Positions 59,358 through 64,000 of a DNA stretch of 64,000 nt are shown piece by piece. The position numbers and the translations under genes were made by a program. This stretch comes from Candidatus Altimarinota bacterium (GTDB lineage Bacteria; Patescibacteriota; Gracilibacteria; 1-14-2-50-48-13): contig JBKBWQ010000001.1 in assembly GCA_046314355.1 (NCBI GenBank), positions 1,312,001 to 1,376,000 of the forward strand, in the 5' to 3' direction. Under the pieces are notes generated by a model, which saw nothing but the letters and a program-made list of their open reading frames with translations, did no database searches and was not told the origin of the DNA. The first letter of the stretch is position 1. Each line of letters starts with the position of its first letter.

Positions 59358-60512
59358 TACGAGGGCTGCTACTAATGGGATTGTGAGATTATCATCAATT
59401 TCAAGATCTCCGAAATAAAGAGGGAGTGTCTCTACTGTCATTGCAATAAGTGTCGCAATTAATGCATGGGGAAAGCCTACAAAATATGAGGCTGCGATTG
59501 TACTGAATATGCTCGCAATCAGAGGACCTTCAAGGCACTTCTTTGTATTATAAGGGAGGCGTATTTTCCCGAAGTATTTTCCAGCTACATTTGTAATAGA
59601 ATCTCCAAAGGCAAGTATCAAAATACTCGCCTGAGCAATATGCAAAGGGAAAAGCAGTACGCTCAGAAAGCTTCCAAGAACAAAGAAAAACATACCTCGC
59701 CCAGGAAAGACTTCAATATGATGTGCTCTTTCAAAAAAGCTTAGAATTGGATAGAGTACTGGAATATTTTTCCATTTTTTAATGCAGAGAATTGCGAGAG
59801 AACCTACTAAGAGGAGAAATAATAAAGTACCTGCAGAGATAAACTGCACTTGAAGTAATGCTACTATAATAAGCCCAAATCCGAGATGTGCCACCTGTCT
59901 TCGTATTTCTTTATCATGTTCAAGCAGTGCTTGAAATTTTTTCATGCTTGAGAGATGTTCGCCTAGGTAATAACATAAGATACCAGTAAGTAAGCCTGCA
60001 ATCATACCTCCAAGTACATCTGCATAAAAATGGACACCCACATACATTCTTGAAAAACCAACTAGTATGCCTAATACGACAAGAGGATAGAAATATTTTC
60101 TCTGCTTAAAGAAGAATATTGGAAGAATAGAAAAGATACTTGCTGTGTGACTGCTAGGAAATGAATAGCTGATCTCACGGCTGAGGGTAAGTTCTGTGAC
60201 AATTGGTCTATCTGCCATAAAGAACAACTTTAATGCTTCGGAAAGTGCTGTACCACCAGCAAAAGCTAACCACAACATGCATTTTGCTTCGATGGAGAGA
60301 CTTTTATCTTCAAAAGTAATGGTAAGAAGGAATGCTCCTAAAAAGACATAATAAAAGTATGCAGTCAGCCACTCCATAGAGACATCCAGTATATAGGAAC
60401 GTCCAAGAAGTATATAAAGTAGAGCTATACTGAGACTTGATACAAGGAAAGTCAGAACAGCAAAACGTGATACTTGTGATGTGGGAAGAAATGAAGGAAG
60501 ATCTGCAATCAT
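59340..60512 (-). CDS. PAP2 phosphatase fused to a dolichol/phytol-kinase-like (CTP-dependent) domain
   Basis: PAP2 motifs KLFFMADRP, SFPSSH, SRMYVGVHFYADV; kinase motifs EIRRQVAH, FGDSITNVAGKYFG, KCLEG, DDNLTIP. Confidence 0.82.
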   Translation of the reverse strand: MIADLPSFLPTSQVSRFAVLTFLVSSLSIALLYILLGRSYILDVSMEWLTAYFYYVFLGAFLLTITFEDKSLSIEAKCMLWLAFAGGTALSEALKLFFMADRPIVTELTLSREISYSFPSSHTASIFSILPIFFFKQRKYFYPLVVLGILVGFSRMYVGVHFYADVLGGMIAGLLTGILCYYLGEHLSSMKKFQALLEHDKEIRRQVAHLGFGLIIVALLQVQFISAGTLLFLLLVGSLAILCIKKWKNIPVLYPILSFFERAHHIEVFPGRGMFFFVLGSFLSVLLFPLHIAQASILILAFGDSITNVAGKYFGKIRLPYNTKKCLEGPLIASIFSTIAASYFVGFPHALIATLIAMTVETLPLYFGDLEIDDNLTIPLVAALVLFILN

Positions 60513-60631
60513 AACAGGGGAGAATAATACATCTAGATATATACCTGCAATTGAGCTATTTGTAAATTAAAACACTTTGTGGTATACTACTTAGATAAAA
60601 AAACCTTCTTCTGGTATTCTACACTTCTCTT

Positions 60632-61402
60632 ATGCACTACATTCCTTCTATTTCGCTTACGGTTCCTGCAGATCTCCGCTGCTCTGCTCTTGTGAGAAAA
60701 GCTGCAAAGAACGCTTTTGATCTTGCACAGATTCCTTATACATGGGGATTCCGGCTGACTCTTGTGATCGATGAACTTTTTATGAATGCTGTGAAATACG
60801 GCTCTCATTCAGCAAAAAATACTGTAGAACTTCATTTCTATCTTAAAAAAGACAAGGTAGTCATCGAGATGGAAGATAGCGGAACGCAAAAAAAACATAA
60901 GGTGTCTCCTAAGCAGCTTATGGCAATCATGAATGAGAATCAAATGCATAATGACCTGACGAAGGTATCTGGCCGAGGACTTGCTTTGATAGTGAAATCG
61001 TGGACAGATAGTTTTGCGATTACTAAAAGCAAACAGGGGGGCATCAAGATCAAAGTGGAAAAGTATTTTGCAAACTGTATCCTTGAACCAAGATCCTATA
61101 AACATCTTGAGTTCTCCGTAAAAGATGAGAAGACTATTGTTTGTCATCTAAAAGAAGACCTTTTCCAGGAAAAGTATGCTAAAGAAATGCAGCAGATTTT
61201 TGAGATGATTGATAACTATAAAGGGTATCATGTTGTCTTTGATATGCAGAAACTTTTATTTCTTGATTTCAAAAATCTTGGACGTATCACTGAGCTCTAT
61301 TCACGGATTGTTACAGAAGGCGGTACCGTCTCTCTCTGTAATGTTTCTGATCATATGAAAGATCTCTTTGCACAGACAGGATTTTCAAAAGTATTTTTAT
61401 AA
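60632..61402 (+). CDS. RsbW/SpoIIAB-like anti-sigma kinase fused to a C-terminal STAS domain
   Basis: LVIDELFMNAVKYG, EDSG, SGRGLALI; STAS VVFDMQKLLFLD...LCNVS..MKDLFAQTGF. Confidence 0.85.
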   Translation: MHYIPSISLTVPADLRCSALVRKAAKNAFDLAQIPYTWGFRLTLVIDELFMNAVKYGSHSAKNTVELHFYLKKDKVVIEMEDSGTQKKHKVSPKQLMAIMNENQMHNDLTKVSGRGLALIVKSWTDSFAITKSKQGGIKIKVEKYFANCILEPRSYKHLEFSVKDEKTIVCHLKEDLFQEKYAKEMQQIFEMIDNYKGYHVVFDMQKLLFLDFKNLGRITELYSRIVTEGGTVSLCNVSDHMKDLFAQTGFSKVFL

Positions 61403-61419
61403 TCTCTCACACCTCCACC

Positions 61420-61845
61420 ATGAACATGAATACACAAGTAATACTCCATACTACTCACTTTGATCATAAGCCTAGCTTTAGAATGATTGCTGTACGAGGA
61501 CAAATTGATGAGTCAAATCTTGACGAAGTACGAAACCATATTGATCCTTTTGTTGGTGATATTGCCGTAGAAGTTATTCTTCTTGATTTTCAGGATCTTG
61601 AATTTATCAACAGTAGAGTTATTGGATACTTTCTTGCTCTCTATCAGCAGATGAATGATGCTGAGAAGAATATTGCCTTTGTGCAGGCAAATAATAATAT
61701 CATGCAGATTATCTCTCTCGTAGGACTTACTACTCTGATCAATCACTATGAGACTCTTGAAGAGGCACTGGAAGCTTTAGATAGTGGAGAAGGAGCAGAG
61801 CATGTTCCTGATACTGCCCGGGAGACGCAAAATAATATTATGTAG
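61420..61845 (+). CDS. STAS anti-anti-sigma factor (RsbV/SpoIIAA-like)
   Basis: VRGQIDESN, ILLDFQDLEFINSRVIG (phospho-Ser position), IISLVGL..YETLEEAL. Confidence 0.85.
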   Translation: MNMNTQVILHTTHFDHKPSFRMIAVRGQIDESNLDEVRNHIDPFVGDIAVEVILLDFQDLEFINSRVIGYFLALYQQMNDAEKNIAFVQANNNIMQIISLVGLTTLINHYETLEEALEALDSGEGAEHVPDTARETQNNIM

Positions 61846-61868
61846 TTTCTAGTTAAGAAAATAGATAT

Positions 61869-61911
61869 AAAAAAGAATCTCATATCCGAAACGGAATGAG
61901 ATTCTTTTTTT
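61869..61911. terminator. bidirectional intrinsic terminator
   Basis: AAAAAAGAATCTCATATCCG-AAA-CGGAATGAGATTCTTTTTTT between convergent genes. Confidence 0.85.
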
Positions 61912-61918
61912 ATTGTAA

Positions 61919-62167
61919 TTATGCTGCAGCCTGCTCTGCTGCCTCTTCTTCTTTCTTCTGCTGAGCATTTGCCATTCTCTTCATAAACTTATCTACTCGT
62001 CCTTCTGTATCTACAAGTTTCTGTTTTCCTGTGTAGAATGGATGGCACTTAGAGCAGATTTCTACTTTCATCTCTTCTTTTGTTGATCCGATTGTATGTG
62101 TAGCTCCACAGCTGCAAGTAACTTTGCATGCGAAGTGAAATTCTGGGTGTAGGTCTTTTTTAGCCAT
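61919..62167 (-). CDS. rpmE: 50S ribosomal protein L31 (zinc-binding type)
   Basis: KKDLHP..VTCSCG...[27 protein letters not shown]. Confidence 0.97.
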   Translation of the reverse strand: MAKKDLHPEFHFACKVTCSCGATHTIGSTKEEMKVEICSKCHPFYTGKQKLVDTEGRVDKFMKRMANAQQKKEEEAAEQAAA

Positions 62168-62526
62168 ATGTGGTGGTTGGTAGAGAGTAATATTTACGCC
62201 AAGTACGTAAATGCTATGGAATTATACGGGGAAATGAAAGGAAGTAAAGGGAAAGTAACTTAGAGATCTTTATAGTTTTTAGTTCCAGTTATCAAAAGAT
62301 TTCTTTCAATAAAAAATAAGGAGTAATGATGCATCATGAATACTGAAATTTAATTTAAAAAAATAAATATGACTTCAACTGTACGTATTATTTCTCTTTA
62401 CAGCTATTTTAAATAAGAGTAGGTTTGTGCTACGGTGTTTGGTTTTCTGGAATATAACATACCTCTTTAATAGATACTTATACAAGGATTTCTTTACATT
62501 GAATAGTATTTTCAGCATTTCTTATT

Positions 62527-64000
62527 ATGTCACAACTATCCAAATCTCATGCCAGCTTTCAGGAAGAGCATGTGTTGCATGAGTTAGAGCATTATTTGCC
62601 ATCACAAGGTCCCCTAAAAGACTTTGTGCATCATAATTCTCTTCATGCTTTTCAGAATATGAAGTTTTATGATGCTATTTTTAAAGCATCAGAAATATTT
62701 GGCTACCAAACAACTTTTTCTGTTACTGAGTACAGAAAACTCTACGAAATTAATAGAATAGATCCACAGATACTACAACGAGTAATAAAAGAGAGAAAAG
62801 GAGAAGCCGGACTTGAAGAATGGATGAAAAAGGCAGTAACGTCTTCCTATGACTGGAGTGTTACTTCCCGCATTGGAAGATTAAGAAAAGAGTGGAAAAG
62901 ACTCTATCCCATAGATCTTGATAACACAGTACATCCGCTCTTTTTTCGTATTCTTTGTAGTTATCTTGACCAGGGAATTGCTATCTTCCCGTTTCCTTTT
63001 GAACAGAAAGGACTCCTAAATGCAATACGTACTTTAGAAGAAAAAAGTATGGTAAGCTTCTTTAAGACGACAAGAGCGCGTGATCTGCTTATGGATCCAA
63101 ACACAACTATGAGTTCTCTATTGGAGCTTTTAGTAGGAAAAGAAGAATTATTTGAAGAATATCTCTATGATCAGCAGTTTGTCCATAGAGGCTGGTCTGG
63201 TATCGCAGCGACTCTTGCGGCACATCCAGAAGGTTTATTATATCCAAAGAGTATCTCTCTGAAAGATTGTATTATCCTGGAATTGCTGCTTGAGATTGAT
63301 GCTTTGGACAAAACTCTTCATGGGAAATGGAAACCACTTGGAGAAGTAAGTGATTTGAAACCAATTGATATTTTTGAAGATACCGAAAAAAATGAGATTC
63401 ATGAAGTACTCAAAATATGGCAGGATGCCTTTGAGTGGAGTTATTATGACAAAGTGCTTGCAGGACTTTCATTATCTGCAGGACAAAGAGTGAATGTTCA
63501 AGAGAAGAAATCAGAATTTCAGGCAATTTTTTGCATTGATGAACGCGAAGATTCCTTGAGAAGATATCTGGAAGAAGTGGAACCAGGAGCGGCTACTCTC
63601 GGAGCACCGGGTTTCTTTGGAGTAGAGTTTTACTTTCATCCTGCACATGCAAAATTTTATGAAAAACTCTGCCCTGCACCGGTCACTCCAAAATATCTGA
63701 TAAAGGAAGTCGAAAAAGGTGATGCACATAAAAGAGCAGTTGAAGTAATGTATACAAAAAACTCTCATACGTTCTTTAGGGGATTCTTTTCGTCTTATGT
63801 CTTAGGACTTCCCGCACTTGGAAAATTGTTCTTTAATCTGCTTCATCCTACGATGAGTCCGGCGATCGCGGATGCTTTTGCGCATATGGATCATCATGCA
63901 GAGCTCACAATCGTGCATACGGGAGAACGAGATGAGGAGCGTGATCTGCAGGTAGGATTTACTGTAGTGGAGATGGCTGACCGTGTGGAAAAACTCTTAC
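62527..64000 (+). CDS. DUF2309/UPF0753 (DabA/MpsB/YbcC-like) inorganic carbon transporter subunit, 3'-truncated by window end
   Basis: Absent from the ORF track because there is no stop in the window; hand translation gives MSQLSKSH..HYLPSQGPLKDFVHHNSLHAFQ...FQAIFCIDERE..LRRYLE..GAPGFFGVEF..KLCPAPVTP. Confidence 0.88.
   Translation, partial: MSQLSKSHASFQEEHVLHELEHYLPSQGPLKDFVHHNSLHAFQNMKFYDAIFKASEIFGYQTTFSVTEYRKLYEINRIDPQILQRVIKERKGEAGLEEWMKKAVTSSYDWSVTSRIGRLRKEWKRLYPIDLDNTVHPLFFRILCSYLDQGIAIFPFPFEQKGLLNAIRTLEEKSMVSFFKTTRARDLLMDPNTTMSSLLELLVGKEELFEEYLYDQQFVHRGWSGIAATLAAHPEGLLYPKSISLKDCIILELLLEIDALDKTLHGKWKPLGEVSDLKPIDIFEDTEKNEIHEVLKIWQDAFEWSYYDKVLAGLSLSAGQRVNVQEKKSEFQAIFCIDEREDSLRRYLEEVEPGAATLGAPGFFGVEFYFHPAHAKFYEKLCPAPVTPKYLIKEVEKGDAHKRAVEVMYTKNSHTFFRGFFSSYVLGLPALGKLFFNLLHPTMSPAIADAFAHMDHHAELTIVHTGERDEERDLQVGFTVVEMADRVEKLL

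Overview
Low-GC bacterial chromosome segment, most likely from a Patescibacteria/CPR organism of the Gracilibacteria-Peregrinibacteria-Abawacabacteria neighbourhood. That placement is inferred from the giant surface protein, the unlinked 23S-5S rRNA, the scarcity of Shine-Dalgarno sites and a sigma-region-4/winged-helix protein. The window contains tRNA-Ala/Thr/Tyr, a 6307-aa membrane-anchored surface protein (7 seven-bladed CxxxxC propeller-like units, 18 Fn3-like spacers, Ca-binding DxDxDG repeats), a DEDDh exonuclease, an ABC permease, alr, a type IB topoisomerase and a three-gene GH99-like cluster in which two members lack the catalytic glutamates. It also carries uvrA, a P-type ATPase, RNase J, maf, tatD, an HtrA-like protease, comF, 23S+5S rRNA without 16S, a FecR-like protein behind an ECF-type promoter, a PAP2/polyprenol-kinase fusion, an RsbW-STAS partner-switching pair, rpmE and a truncated DUF2309 (DabA) gene missing from the ORF track. 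Most striking: (1) UGA appears unused, since all 34 complete genes end in TAA/TAG and none has an in-frame TGA; (2) a ~150-bp palindromic element abuts the CCA end of two different tRNA genes; (3) several other small palindromic repeat families and a GC-rich structured island occur; (4) the 23S rRNA has a ~90-nt expansion at the H54/H55 junction. All calls are by eye, with no database searches.
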